Source: Girardia tigrina (taxonomy: Eukaryota). From it: a DNA stretch of 64,000 nt. The notes beneath the pieces are model-generated. The model saw only the letters and a list, made by a program, of their open reading frames with translations, was not told the DNA's origin and made no database searches. Shown in pieces: positions 1-13,420 of the stretch; the stretch's first letter is position 1; each line of letters starts with the position of its first letter. The translations under genes and the position numbers were made by a program. Where the stretch lies: assembly GCA_001938485.1 (NCBI GenBank), contig MQRK01204024.1, positions 16,180 to 80,179 of the forward strand, given 5' to 3'.

Positions 1-2694
1 GGATCCAGACATACTTGGCTGAGAGCACTGAACTTGGCAGATGGGTTAATTTCTGGGCAGAGTTTCCAAAAGATGGGTTTGTATCAGAGGAGAGGAAGTA
101 TTTTCTGGCGGCATGTAGATCTTCGAGATCAGTATTAATCGTTTCTCTAAAAGGCTCATCAGGGAAAGCTGTTCCAGCTCCGAATAACATAACACTAGGA
201 GAAGTCCCTGTTGATGAATGAAAAGTATTTCGCCAACCTAATAACACGATTGGAAGAGAATCATGCCAGTTCGAAGAGGTACCTAAACAACGTAGAGAAG
301 TTTTTAAGGTTCGATGAAAACGCTCGACAAGACCGTTTGATTGTGGGTGATACGAAGTTGTATGGACGTGTTTGAATCCAAGACGTTTTGCAAGAGCCTG
401 AAATAAATTACTTTCGAATTGCCGACCTTGATCCGTGATAACGTGAGAAGGTACACCATACCGAGCAATCCAAGTATTGATAAAATGTCTAGCAACATTT
501 TCAGCAGAAATTGAGGAGATTGGAACTGCTTCAGGCCATCTTGTTTTCCGATCGATCATTGTTAAAATATAAGAGCATCCATTTGAAGGTGGTAGTTGAC
601 CGACAATCTCTAGATGTACAATCTCAAAACGATTACCTGTTGGAAATCTGATAACTGGTGGTTTAATATGCCGCGTTACTTTCTGTTTTTGGCAATCGGT
701 ACATTCTTGGCACCATGTCTTGATATCACGTCTGATGTTTGGCCAGACAAAACGAGTATGAATCAGCTCGAATGTTGTTTTTCGACCCGGATGGTGCAAT
801 TTGTGGAATGTTTCGAAGATGCGCCTGCGTAAACCGGTAGGAACGATGATTCTTCGGACACCGAGATCCACCGAATCATAAGTTATGCCATCAGTGTCGG
901 TATAATGATTTGGGAAATCAGCGAGCTCTTCTTTGGAAAGATTTTCAGACTGAAGCAACTCGAGAGCTGAATCTGGGAGAAGTAATATTGCTGAAACTGG
1001 ATTTCTGGATAAAAAATCTGCAACAACATTTTGTTTGCCGGGAAGATGGGAAACTACAAAATCAAATTGTGATAAATATAAAATCTGTCGATGTTGTCGA
1101 GGTGACGGGTTTTTCATTTGGATAAGGTACACCAGCGGCTTGTGATCGGTTAATATCTCGAATTGGCGGCCTGAAAGAAAATGTGAAAAATGTGAAACAG
1201 CGTCATGAGTTGCTAGGAGTTCTCGATCAAATGCTGAATATCGGGTTTCAGTGTCTGAAAGTTTTCGAGAGAAGAATTCAATAGATTCAAGGATCTGTCC
1301 CCTCTTTTGATGCAATGCAGCTCCAATTGCAATATCGGATGCGTCACAGGTTAACTGTAACTGTAATGATGGGTCATAGAACATAAGAGTTGGACAATCG
1401 GAAAGTTTTTTTCTGAATTTCGGAAAATCGGGAAGTTAAATCTTCAGTCCAATTGAGTTTGAGAGTCTTAGGTCCAGATGAAAAAGAAACCAGTGGTGCA
1501 AGAATTTCAGAAGCATGTGGTAAGAATCGATGATAGAATTTTACCATGCCGATAAAACTTCTAAGCTGGGATACTGTGACTGGCAATGCGAGTTCTGAGA
1601 TTGCTTTTATCCGATCTGGAATAGGAGCGATGCAGTCAATTCAAGAAACTTTACTGAAGTCTGAAAAAAATACATTTTTTAGTATTAATTTGGAGATTGT
1701 TTTCATGCAATCTAGAGAAAAGGGAACGCAAAGTCTGGAAATGTTGATCTTCCTTATTTGATGCAATGAGAATGTCGTCCAGATAAACGAAAACACCATC
1801 GAGGTCAGCTGTAACCGTATCTATGTAGCGCTGCAATGATTGAGCTGCATTTCTGAGACCAAAAGGCATTCGAAGAAATTCAAATAAGCCAAATGGGGTG
1901 ATTATTGCAGTTTTCTCTATGTCCTCATCCGCGACAGGGATCTGGTGAAAAGCTTTTTTCAAATCAATTTTTGAAAATACTTTTGAACCGGTGAGTCGAT
2001 GAACAATGTCAGTGATCAACGGCATGGGATATGAATCGTGCACTGTGAAGGAATTTAACGCTCGATAATCTCCACATGGGTGAAATGATTTGTCCGGTTT
2101 TTCGACAACATGAAGAGCTGAGGCCCATGGGGAAGAAGAACGACGGATGATACAGTCTTTTTCTAACTGTCGAAATTCTTCTTGAACTGCCGATCTGGAT
2201 TTAACTGGAAGTTCGCGTCGCTTGTGCCTGACTGGATGACATGGTTTAGTGATTATTCGGTGGACCACCGGATGAACNNNNNNNNNNNNNNNATCGCGCG
2301 ACAAACAGTTGGGAGCAGAATCTTTGATGAATGATTGTATAGCGGCTGTCTTTGAACAACTCGATATGATTGACGATAAAGAAGTCGATGGGATCGAAAT
2401 TTTGGAAAACGAACGAGCTTCAATAATTTTATGAGACCTACAATCAACCAAAAAACCATAACTGCTTAAGAAATCGGCTCCAAGAAGTGGGTGGACTGTG
2501 TCGGCAACGGTGAAGGTCCACTGAAAATCTTGTTGAAATCCAGAGAGCTTGAATTGAAGTGAGATGGTTCCATAGGTCTGGATTGGCGAACCGTTGGCGG
2601 CACGGAGAGTGATTTTTGGAGAGCATGTTGGTGCCATTCTCGGGGGAATAATATAACGGCACGAACCGGAGTCGATTAGGAAATCAATGTTCAA
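1..2694 (-). mobile_element. Ty3/Gypsy LTR retrotransposon pol (PR-RT-RNaseH-IN), frameshifted; gag absent; runs off the window edge
   Basis: FLIDSGS protease; RT motifs RSSSPWAS, GDYRALN, IDLKKAFHQI, RMPFGLRNA, YLDDILI; LRSFIGMVKFYHRF; RNaseH and integrase remnants at about 100-1370. Confidence 0.95.
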
Positions 2695-3686
2695 TCATTT
2701 TTCAATCATTAAACGACTTAGATTGTTTCAGAGTTACCTGTTTAGAAACAGAAATAAATTGAAAGTTATAATATATTTTTTCTACATTTTTCTATATAAA
2801 CAAATATTACACGTCATTTTTGAGCATAAGAGTAATTTACATTCAGACTTTTTGCCAGAAGTAATTACATAGGAAACTCTTCATCTTTTCCCTCAAATAT
2901 TCAGCATTCATCTGTACAGGTAAAAATCCATAGTCAAGGTCTTGGCTGTTGGGAAAATTTCCCATTAGGTTGAATCCATTTCTTTCAGCAATTTTGGAGA
3001 TTAGTGCGTTTTCCTGGATAAACCCACATCGGAATGATCCGTTCTTTTCGTCAAGTTTGTTGGCATTTACACACAATATCAGTGTACTATGCATTGTTGG
3101 TTTGGTGTTTTTTTTAGAAAAATCAACAACGATATCTCACCACGGGCATCTCAAAAAATAATCAGAATAGGACATTTCTGTTGAGGTTCCAGTTCTCCTG
3201 TTCTTTAAATTTGATTCTCCAATAATTTTCTTATAACTAGGCTCGTGTTTGAATAGAAGGACGTTTTCCGTCCTTTGGCAACTTATTGTATAAAAGCAAT
3301 TCTAATATCATATAGAAACACTTTGCTTAGCAAGGAAAGCATATCTATAAAATATCCTCAGATTCAATCTTTCTACAGACAACCGTATCTGCAAATAACA
3401 AGTAAGGAAATCACATTTTTTCAGTTTAAACAATGTTATAGAATACTTTTATTATGAGGGTAGTACATAATATGGTTTACTTTACATTTTTATTTCGGGA
3501 ATTGATTAAACACTTACGGAAATATCTATTGACTTTGAGATACGTGGGAAACTTTTATGAAAAGGATTAACGTACAGTTGAATCTCTATCCTAACAAAAC
3601 GGGTTTTTTAGTATAATCAATTATGTAAAATACTTAAAATATAGAAAAAGATATATACAAGAAAATAATATTATCAATTTGAAAAC

Positions 3687-3832
3687 CTGATTTAAAGTTT
3701 GAACCCCCACATAGTCGATATATCCCCACGTTGAACAATCTATTATTACATGACAAATTTGTTTATCTTTCAAATTTTCCAATTCCTTCTGTAAACGATT
3801 GTGTTTCTCAATAAATGGAGCATTTTCTAATT
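3687..3832 (-). CDS. SLC26 exon (146 nt), STAS core; gene probably continues beyond the left edge
   Basis: ELENAPFIEKHNRLQKELENLKDKQICHVIIDCSTWGYIDYVGVQTLNQ (STAS D.S...YID..G motif); CAG|GT donor; no further exon found in 1-3686. Confidence 0.92.
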
Positions 3833-3880
3833 CTGTTAATAAAAATATTTAATAAAATCAGAATAAAATTTTTAAAAAAC

Positions 3881-4058
3881 CAGAATTAATTTTCTTCTTT
3901 ACTTGTCTCAGTTTGTGTTCAAGTTTTACGATGCGTAAATGAATTATTCTGGGATTGCAAGAAATTTTTGTATAGAGATTGGTTCTGAAATGATCGCTGC
4001 AAGCATAGTACAAACTTCCTTCATATCGGAAAATTTTGATACCTGCGATCTCTTCACA
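3881..4058 (-). CDS. SLC26 exon (178 nt), start of STAS domain
   Basis: CEEIAGIKIFRYEGSLYYACSDHFRTNLYTKISCNPRIIHLRIVKLEHKLRQVKKKINS; TTTCAG acceptor; phase-1 donor matches the next exon. Confidence 0.9.
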
Positions 4059-4917
4059 CTGAAAACAAAAAACTTTAATAAATATGTAATAAAAAAATTA
4101 TATTGTCAGCAACGTGTCCATTAACGCACATATGGTATGTCGTATAATAGTTTGTGTTGTAGGTATTGTATATGTATGATGAGGTTAGAATTGGTTTTGG
4201 TAAATTAAATTGTTTAGGGTATAGATAGAATAAAGACATTGGACAATATTATTTTTTTAATAACTCTCTTTGAAGGAATTGAACATATAAATAATAAGGA
4301 AAATGTTTAAGAGAAATAACTTTTTTTAATTAAGGATAAAAATAAGGGTTAATAACAAGTCTCACTACTTTAATAAAACAGTCGATTGAAGAAATGCAAT
4401 TAATTAGAACTAACTATTTACATTAAGTTTATTTCACAAATAGATTGTAAGAATAGTTTTCAAATATTTTTTATAATTTTTATACAACATCAATTCGATA
4501 ATGGTTGTCAACCTATGTCAACGAAGAATTTCTAATTTTCCATTCTTTTTGTGAGGATTTCTGATGTCTCTATTAAATTTTTGAATGAAAGATAAAAAAA
4601 ACATTTTAAATTAATATTTAATTATAAAAATAAAAAATATAAATTTATTGTAAAATAAGTAAAAACGATAAAATGCAATATAAAGTTTCAATATTAATAA
4701 TATTTAAAAATGTTTTAGATAAAATTTGAAATACTGAAACTTGTAATTAAATAGATTTAAAAAACGAATTAAAATTAAAATAATAAAATTTATAAATAAA
4801 ATAGATTTGAAAACGAATTAAATATAAAATCCGGAAAATATTTCAACAGTTTTTATTAAACTTTAAAAAATAAATAAAAAATGGAAAAAAACTAAATATC
4901 ATAATAAATATGAAATT

Positions 4918-7900
4918 TTAATTGATCTGTGTTTTTATATCTTGACCACATGCCCTGCACATCGATTGTTGTCTTGGTTTTTTCGGCTTATAATTGGTTG
5001 GTAAACTATAAGTCCTTACGCTGTGTAAAAAGCGCCATTCCTCGATGGATAGTGACTCGTTGTATAGTGCTGAAGTTGTGTTCTGCCAATGAGATGGCTG
5101 ACATTTCAGCCATCTTTTGTTTGCTCCAATTGTCAAATTTCATTTCGTTATAGATTCTGTGCAAATGGAAAGTTATATTGTCAATTGAATGTTCACTTAG
5201 TATCATGGAGTCATTGGATATGGGAACTTTTAAACAAATACCTAGCTCGTTGGTGAAAAACTGAATTTGTAACCTTTCAGGTATTTGATTGAATTCCGAA
5301 TCTTGGTCCACCAAGATTTAAATCCATTTTCTTTGTCACGTGTGTTGATCCAGTTTAGGCAATCAGAGAGCGTCCATTCTTTTTTAGTACCTGTCTTGGG
5401 TGTTGAATAAATTGATAAAGGTGAGATGACGCGATGTTTCGTCAGATCACACCATGTTCCTGTACTCATGAATTATAGATTGTATTGCGTATTCATCTCG
5501 GACAGAGACTAAGCCTAAACCACCTTTTTCTTGTCAGCATAAATGTATTCATTGGTTGAATTTGGGACCGTTCCACAAATCTTCTTCAAGTAACGACGAA
5601 TTTCCATGTCAAGGTCACTTTTAAAGATAAATTTCGTGGTTAGGGTATATAATATTATATTATAATTTCGAAAATAGAAGGTGAATCATGAGTGTATAAA
5701 GATTCTATACGCTTCTATTTTCTGCCAGGGAAATAGTATTGATTTGGTTATTTTTTTCAAGTCCTTAATAGCTGATAGAAATAGACGTTCAGGAGTGAAT
5801 TTTTTTTTCTGGTAAAGTCTACTCCGAGATAACGGTAACCTTCTTCATCCGTTACTATAGGTATTGGTATGTTATTAATATGGATTGATTCATTCATAAG
5901 AGGAGTTGATAAATATCCACATTTGGCTGGGTTAAACTTCATAGAAGTTCATTTAACCATGTCACATGCAGTTGACACCATGGCTTGTAAACAAGAGTTG
6001 CTGGTTGCAACTAGTGCAATATCATCTGCATATGCCAGACAAGTAATCTTACCAGCCTCGGTGTCGATACCAAAAGCATCATTATCTTGTAGTGCAGCCA
6101 AAATTGGATCAATTCCAACGCTGAACAGCAGCATTGAAAGAGGACATCCTTGTGTAACCCCCCCTCCTGATGGATATGTCTTCAGTCGTACAATCATTGC
6201 AGGTATATGTTGATGAACAATCCGAGTACAGATTTGCAATGAGAGAGCAGAAGAATGCATCTAGACCTTTTCTTCTGAGAACTTCTAATATATAATTAAT
6301 TGGAATGCTGCCAAACGCATCAGTTATATCGAGGAATGCAATTTGAAGATTTTCATATTCCTCCAGTAAAATTCACATTACGTTATTGTGTTCAGCGCAC
6401 CCGTCCGATGGTCCAATGCCTTTTTGGAACTTTGAAATTAAATTGTTCTTTACCAGCCATTGTTCCAGTTGAGTGCATAGGCAAGACGTGAACGACTTGG
6501 CGATGTATTCCATCAGGGCTATTGGTCTCCATGATCCTATATCTTTGTAATTTCCTGACTTACCGGGTTTAGGAATCATTACCGTTAGGAATGTCTTCCA
6601 ACTAGGTAGAATGACTCCCGTATCAATGATTTTGTTGAATAATGTGGCCAGAAATTGACAACCCGGGTCGCAATAGTCAATATCTGCATAGCCAATGTTT
6701 GATATACCTGGACTAGTATTTTTGGTGTTCTTGAGTATGTGGGCAATCTCTTCTGAAGTGACATGCTGAAATCGAAATTTTGGGCCAGGTTTGATGTTTG
6801 GTACATTGCTCCAGTCTGTTTCAGGAGGATAGTCGCTTTTTGACTTAGCGTAATTTGTAAGAGACTCCAAAGATAGCTCTCCATCAACAGTAGTGTCACT
6901 TAGAATTATTTCCATGGCCTTTTTCGGTGTTATTTTAAAGTAATGTCGTAGATTTACATCCGATTTTTTTCTAATATTCTTTATGTTTCTTGATGCATTG
7001 AGATTTTAAACAGTTTTAACTCTTGCTTGCAAATGTAGTTGGTAATGAGCGTGTCCAATTCTTCAGCACTTTTTGTGGAATTAGCTACTACTATTTCTGA
7101 GATTTTTTTGTAACGCAATTCTCTGTTATTCTTTTCTTTAATAGTTTTTTCTTGTCGTCTAATTTTCTTTTGAATTTTCTTTTTAGTGATGTTGTAAATT
7201 ATTTCTCGTACATCATTGTTGGGTGATTCGTTGTGATACAATTTCCATATAGAGTTGGCAATCCAGTATCCACTCTCTGCAATTTTTTGTGAAGTTGGTA
7301 AATCATTGGATTGTTTTAAGATATAACCTTCGCCTCCCAATCGAAAAAAGGAGGGAAGATTAGCATTGATGCTGTTGATTGTCAGTTCTTGTTCCAGTGT
7401 TAGGGATTCCATGACAGTATAAAGGATGGTAGGTTTGTCGTTAACATCAAAAACTACTAGAATCCATTGCAAGTCTGATATACATAACGGACAAAAAACG
7501 TTATCTATATTTATAAACATTTCATATGATTTATTACTTTTTATATACGATTCATTATTTTTTGCAATTTGATAAATGGCTTGTGTAGATAAGGTTACCT
7601 TACAAGGCTTACCTTATCTACACAAGCCATTTATCAAATTGCAAAAAATAATGACTCGTATATAAAAAGTAATAAATCATATGAAATGTTTATAAATATA
7701 GATAACGTTTTTTGCCCGTTACGTATATCAGACCTGCAATGGATTCTAATAGTTTTTGATGTTAACGACAAAACTATCATCGTTTATACTGTCATTTCAA
7801 ATTTATCACATTTGGAAATATTCAAATCGTCGGAGGTTCATAGTTGTTTCCCTTCATTATAGGCATTAATTTTCTGTTGACTTACTTTTTTAGAATAAAC

Positions 7901-8520
7901 TTTTGTTTTAGATATCTCAGTGACTGAACTGTCCCCACCCCCAGTTATTCCCGCAGGACGATCCGATACATGAGGGCGCAGCTGATGACAGCGTTTTCGG
8001 ATGTTTTCTATGTTGATGTCAAAGAGGGGGTTGATTGTTTCGTTTATTATGTTTTCTATAAAGCCGCAGACAAACGGGCCAAAGTCATTGTTGTTCGTCT
8101 GCTGTTCGAATTCGGGGAACTTCCGCGGGAGCCGCACTCTATAGGATTTATTTTTTCTGTCTGTGACGACATCGTTTATGACAGTAATGAGGGGCGCCAC
8201 TAGAGCTGCGACTGTCTTCCCACACGGCAAGTTACTCAGTGAGTTGTAGATATATGCGTGTTCCGACGTGCAGCACAGTGAAAGCCAATGTTTGTTGTTG
8301 TAATTGATTGGAACTACACCTGAATCTCTTTTTTTGTATTAAAGCCAGTAAAGACCGAATTTAAATCGTCTTCTCCGTGAAACAATCTAGTTGCAACAAA
8401 GTCTAGCAGAACCAGAGACTTTTTTGAGATGCTGATGTGTTCCAAGAAGGTATTTATACCGTTGTTATCGAACCAAAATGACGGATCTGGCGGCCTATCT
8501 GCATCTTCAATATGAGCATC
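4918..8520 (-). mobile_element. Non-LTR retrotransposon of the restriction-like endonuclease group (NeSL/R2/R4-type) with N-terminal Ulp1-like protease domain(s); degenerate and 3'-truncated
   Basis: RT motifs SWRPIALM, GVTQGCPLSMLLF, LAYADDIAL, FNPAKC, YRYLGV; start of a CRACG zinc knuckle at about 4950; Ulp1-like WFDNNGIN...HW...YNSL...QQTNNNDFGPF at 8070-8480. Confidence 0.85.
7411..7795. repeat. 185-bp inverted duplication with 15-bp spacer inside the non-LTR element
   Basis: 7411-7595 is the reverse complement of 7611-7795, with about 8 mismatches. Confidence 0.95.
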
Positions 8521-9478
8521 TTAGGTATGAGTACAGAGGTGTACACACGCAGCAACTTGTATTTCTTTATGTATATGAAGAAACATTTGTAAGCGAAAAT
8601 CTAGCTACATGATGCAAATTTGAAACAGGACGTGAAACGTTTCTTGAAATATTTAAGACCAATTTTCTTCAAAAATGTTTCTTTCTGAAATTTTTATATC
8701 ACTTCAGGATGTTTGTATACAAAAAATAGGTTTGATAATGATATTAAACTTAAATACTTTTATTGTTCTTTTAAAATGTACCGTTTATGTTGGTTTTCTT
8801 CGGCCCTAGTCCAGTTACATATTGAATGCACCACATATAAAAATATTTAGATCACAACCGTGACGCAGTTATTAAAAAATATCACAAATTACTCTATTTC
8901 TTTTTAATTCATATAATTTCAGAGAAACATTTATCCTAAATAATTTAAAATTAAATAAACAGTTTATTTAGATTCGTGGATTAATTTATTGATGTCAATT
9001 AATATATATAGTATTACAATATATTATTGAACTCGAATTTTGATAATTGTAGTTAAAAGATCATCATATAAGCACTTCTAATAAAGCATTTCGTACCATG
9101 CTTGAATGTGCAGATTGAAACATCCAATCACATCAATTTATTTAGATTCATTAAAGAATTTTTAAAAAACTTTTGAAGAAAAGTTTCCTAGGTCTAATGT
9201 ACTTAAAGTCACTTACTTAAAGTACCTAGAGTCAAGATTTTAAGTAATCGAGTTGTTTACTTTATTTGTTTTGTTTTTATTAGAACAAAGTTTGACTAAA
9301 TGGTAAATGTTTTAATGGCAAAATCACACTTACTGTTGATATTTTATAATATTAATATTTACAATGTTGCATAAGTCAAGTCTTTTGCCACATGTGAATG
9401 TTGACTTTTTTCTATGATCTATACACGATATTATTATTAAAATATTATGTTACGATATTTATAAAAAAATTAACTAAC

Positions 9479-9655
9479 ATTATCATACATTTCTGTATTT
9501 TTATATATATCCGTTCCTTTAATTTGCCCGAGAACATAGCATTTAGGATTTTGAGTTCTCAACATCGTTATTAGTACTGAAAATCCTATTCCAATCATCA
9601 ATCCATATTCTACATCAATAAATACCGTTCCAATGAAAGTTATTAACCATGTTGC
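9479..9655 (-). CDS. SLC26 exon (177 nt), TM13-14 and STAS linker
   Basis: ATWLITFIGTVFIDVEYGLMIGIGFSVLITMLRTQNPKCYVLGQIKGTDIYKNTEMYDN after a 57-nt intron. Confidence 0.95.
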
Positions 9656-9712
9656 CTGTTTTTATATATGATTCATAATAATTTATAATTTCAAATTTAT
9701 TTTAATCCTCAC

Positions 9713-9808
9713 AAAGTCCCAATAAGAAAACAGCCATAGGTCTTTCAGTTCAGAAAATTGCATAAACATTCCTTTTAATGCGACAATAATAATGGCTGAT
9801 AGAATACA
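9713..9808 (-). CDS. SLC26 exon (96 nt)
   Basis: CILSAIIIVALKGMFMQFSELKDLWLFSYWDF after a 43-nt intron. Confidence 0.95.
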
Positions 9809-9851
9809 CTAATAAAAATATAAATAAAATATAATTTATTCATTAACTAAC

Positions 9852-10043
9852 ATTTGGTAATGTGCGGAAAACGGGTCCAATGAATAATAAGACAATTAAA
9901 AGTAATGAGGAAGACACCAAAGATGTTATTTGAGTTTTCCCACCAACAGACTCTTGAACCGCTGAACGACTGAGGGAAGTTGCAGCTGGATAACATAAGA
10001 AAAAAGAAGACACAAAATTTGTGATACCATACGCAATCATTTC
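9852..10043 (-). CDS. SLC26 exon (192 nt), TM9-11 with anion-binding SLSRS motif
   Basis: EMIAYGITNFVSSFFLCYPAATSLSRSAVQESVGGKTQITSLVSSSLLLIVLLFIGPVFRTLPN; canonical splice sites. Confidence 0.96.
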
Positions 10044-11474
10044 CTAGAGAACAATCATAACATTTAAATTATATTTCAATGAATATTCATTTGATTATTT
10101 GAAAATCAAAATTCTATTTAAGTTCTAATACCAAATATAATATAACAATGATTTTTTCAAAAGCATTAATTAGTAATACAAAGATTTTCGATTCTAACAA
10201 AAGCCGGCGCATATCAAATATGGATAAGATGAAACCCATTATAACGTGAGGTAAAGAATTAAGTTCTATGTATGTGTATTATATGTTTCAGTGGTATTAT
10301 CCATTAGTTAAGATCAAAAATATTTTAAAACATTTTAAAATATTAAAAATGTGCTTAATGAATTTAATATTTATGATATATAGTACAAAAATTCATATCT
10401 ACTCGGTAATGTAAAATAATTTTTCTTAAAAAAACTTTAAATTATAATTAATTAATACTTTTTGGTGTTATAAATGAACTAATTTGATATTTTACGATAA
10501 TCTAAAAACAATTCTAAAATAATTTGAAGAAATCAAATAAAATAGTTAAATAATAAAAATTTATTTGAATTCAAAATTTGTTCTCTAATTCGAAAGAATT
10601 CGGATACTAAATGAAAATTATAATATAAAATTTATATTATAAATGTAGGCAATTAATTATTTGAAATTCAATATGGATTATTAGTAAAATACATATTTAT
10701 TATTATTGTTGAAATATTTGAATCGATTAAATTTTCGATTTTTTTAAATATGGTTTGTGAAGAAAAGGTTGATACTGAAATGCTTGAGAAAATATTTGCA
10801 TTGAATGTTAAACGAAAAACAATAAGGTAAATTTCATAAATTTTAGAGATAAGTATATCAGCGGTGTTTGATAACATTAAAAAAACGTAAATATAGTAAA
10901 CGACCAGGTTGAACTTCCGCTACTGATAACATGTGTTTGAGGAAGTTAATTTCTCAATATCGTCGTTCAAGTAATCTACGAGAAATGGAGGTTTTTGTTC
11001 TTCTCTGTCTAATTGTGTACGCCGAATACATGATTTACATTATTCATTCTACAAGGTGAGATTTTCTTAATGAAATATAAACATTGCGTAACATTTTTTA
11101 GACTAAAGTCAATTCAAAAGAAAAAGACACATGAATGAGTTCATAAATGGAGCCACAATGATTTGAATAAAATTATTCTTCTGAATTGTGCTGCTTCGTT
11201 CTGTCATGTAAATGATGTGTGTGGTGAGCTCGAAAGAAAACCTATCCTTTGGGTTGTATGCGGATGGATTCAAGCTGGAGGTGTTAGACAAGCAAGATGG
11301 CGGCCTATATGACATCCCGAAAAACCATCATTACTCGGTATAAGCAATACTTTATTAGCAGTCACCCCGCTTGTTATGTATCAGACCTCGAATGCTGCTA
11401 ATAAAAACTTGCTTCTCAAGCGATCAGTTTACCGAGCGCTGTGTACTCATTCGTGTCGATCTCAGGGAAGATTG

Positions 11475-11520
<46 letters not shown>

Positions 11521-13420
11521 CATAAATCAGACTTTATCCGAGTTGCAATTCATTATCTGATTTAAAATACGAACATGTACAAAATACTGTGCTACTTCTT
11601 TTACCAATTTGTGGGGTTAAAATATGCTCAAAGGATGACACTTTTATGAAAGGCTTTCGCAAATGGGACAAGAGCCAGTCGTGGAAAAAGCTTAACGTGT
11701 CTTTGCTAAAAATGGAGTTTCGTTTTCCATTGAAATGATTAGAATGAAATTATATTAATTATAAATATTTCTCCATAAAGAAATAAAATTTCGTCATATT
11801 TATTTACTACATATTGGATCTACGACAAATATTTCAATGATATTTACAAATAACTACAAAAAAATTGCTAAAAATATAATTTTCTGTTAATACCAGGATC
11901 TTGATCTATTCATCTCGAAAAAATGTCAGTAGTAAGTACGATTTATTTAAAAAATACAACTTTCTTCTTTTAATACAAAGATTCAATTCCGTAACGAAAG
12001 TTAATTTTGATGACGACTTTTCAAAGGTATGATCATAAATAAAAAAAACCTTAACTTCACTGATCTGTTTCATGTACCTTATTTCCATGAACTATTATCT
12101 TTCTGCTCCTTGTACAACTTTGATTCACCGCACAGGCATTACGCTTAGTTTATAAATTAATAATAACAAATTGATGATCCAAATAATATTTTAAATAAAC
12201 TCAGTTATACAAGTTGAATCAAAACAAAAAAGCGTGGAATGTAAAATAATTGAAATAGTTGAGTGGTAAGCTTGAAAAGCTTGAACAAATGATGGAAGAC
12301 ACGTGGGTATCTAATCAGATAGCATCACTGGATTTGTTTCATGCACCGTATGTTATTATCATTTTAGAGGATGATAATGAAACTTTTTTACAATGATAAA
12401 TTATTATTATTATAACTGCTTATTATTTAATCACTTTATCTTAATAACGTAATAAAAATGCAACCTTGTTATACATATATGTTACCTTCTAATATAACTT
12501 TCTCCAATATTGGTGGTTCAGACTGGAAGAAATGTTTGCTGATGTGATTGATCCATGGATAAGAGTTGAAGTTTTTTCAATTTAAAAATTATAAAAGGAG
12601 CAGAAAGCAAAAAAAGTATATCAAAATAAAATAAATGGAGCAGATTACTTATGTTAAGGATTTTTCGTTTATTATTATACTTTAGAAAAGACATTATTTA
12701 AAAACTTCGCTCATTCTTCAAAAACAAATTTCTTACTGCATCATCGGTTATGAACATTTCTGTTTTGAATAACTTAGATATTTTTCATCTGTCGTTGAAG
12801 CACTTTGACCTTTTGCAAACTACCATAGCACTACATTACTTATGAACACTTTTAGAATCTCGATTTTTAAAAGTTATTAAAAACCTTTACAAAACGTTTA
12901 CCATGCCAAAATTTTATAAAATATAATTATAGAATCAAAACCTTTTTGTGAGGGACTCATTGAGGATGAATAAGAAACCAGAGATATTACCTGTATTTGT
13001 ACCAGAAGTTATTTATGACTACCTAACAAAACAAATTAGGTCGAATATTAAAATTAAACAAATAAACATCCGATATTTAGAATTGAATATAAAAATGTGG
13101 TCGTTCAGAATAGAACTGAGGAAGATTGACCGGATGTTTCTTCACAGGACGTTTCCTAACATGAAATTTCCACTTAAGGATATTTATTTGCATAACATTT
13201 GCTCACAGGAACGTTTCCTCATCTGTCATAAAATAACCCTGGAAATTCAGAACACCAAAAGAAAAAATATGTAATTTTATTCCGAAAAGTAGCAGCTATA
13301 ACTGCAGAATATTAATCTAATATAATGAGGTTGATAGACTTTCTTATTTACGTTGAATTGCAGCTTTTCAATAAACCATTTGTCAAGTTGTTACCACTGT
13401 AATTAAAAATATAAACCATT

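Noticed and set aside
11109-11315. YRPP motif suggesting an APE endonuclease
   Set aside because: No GDFN or SDH motifs nearby; a four-residue match is not enough.
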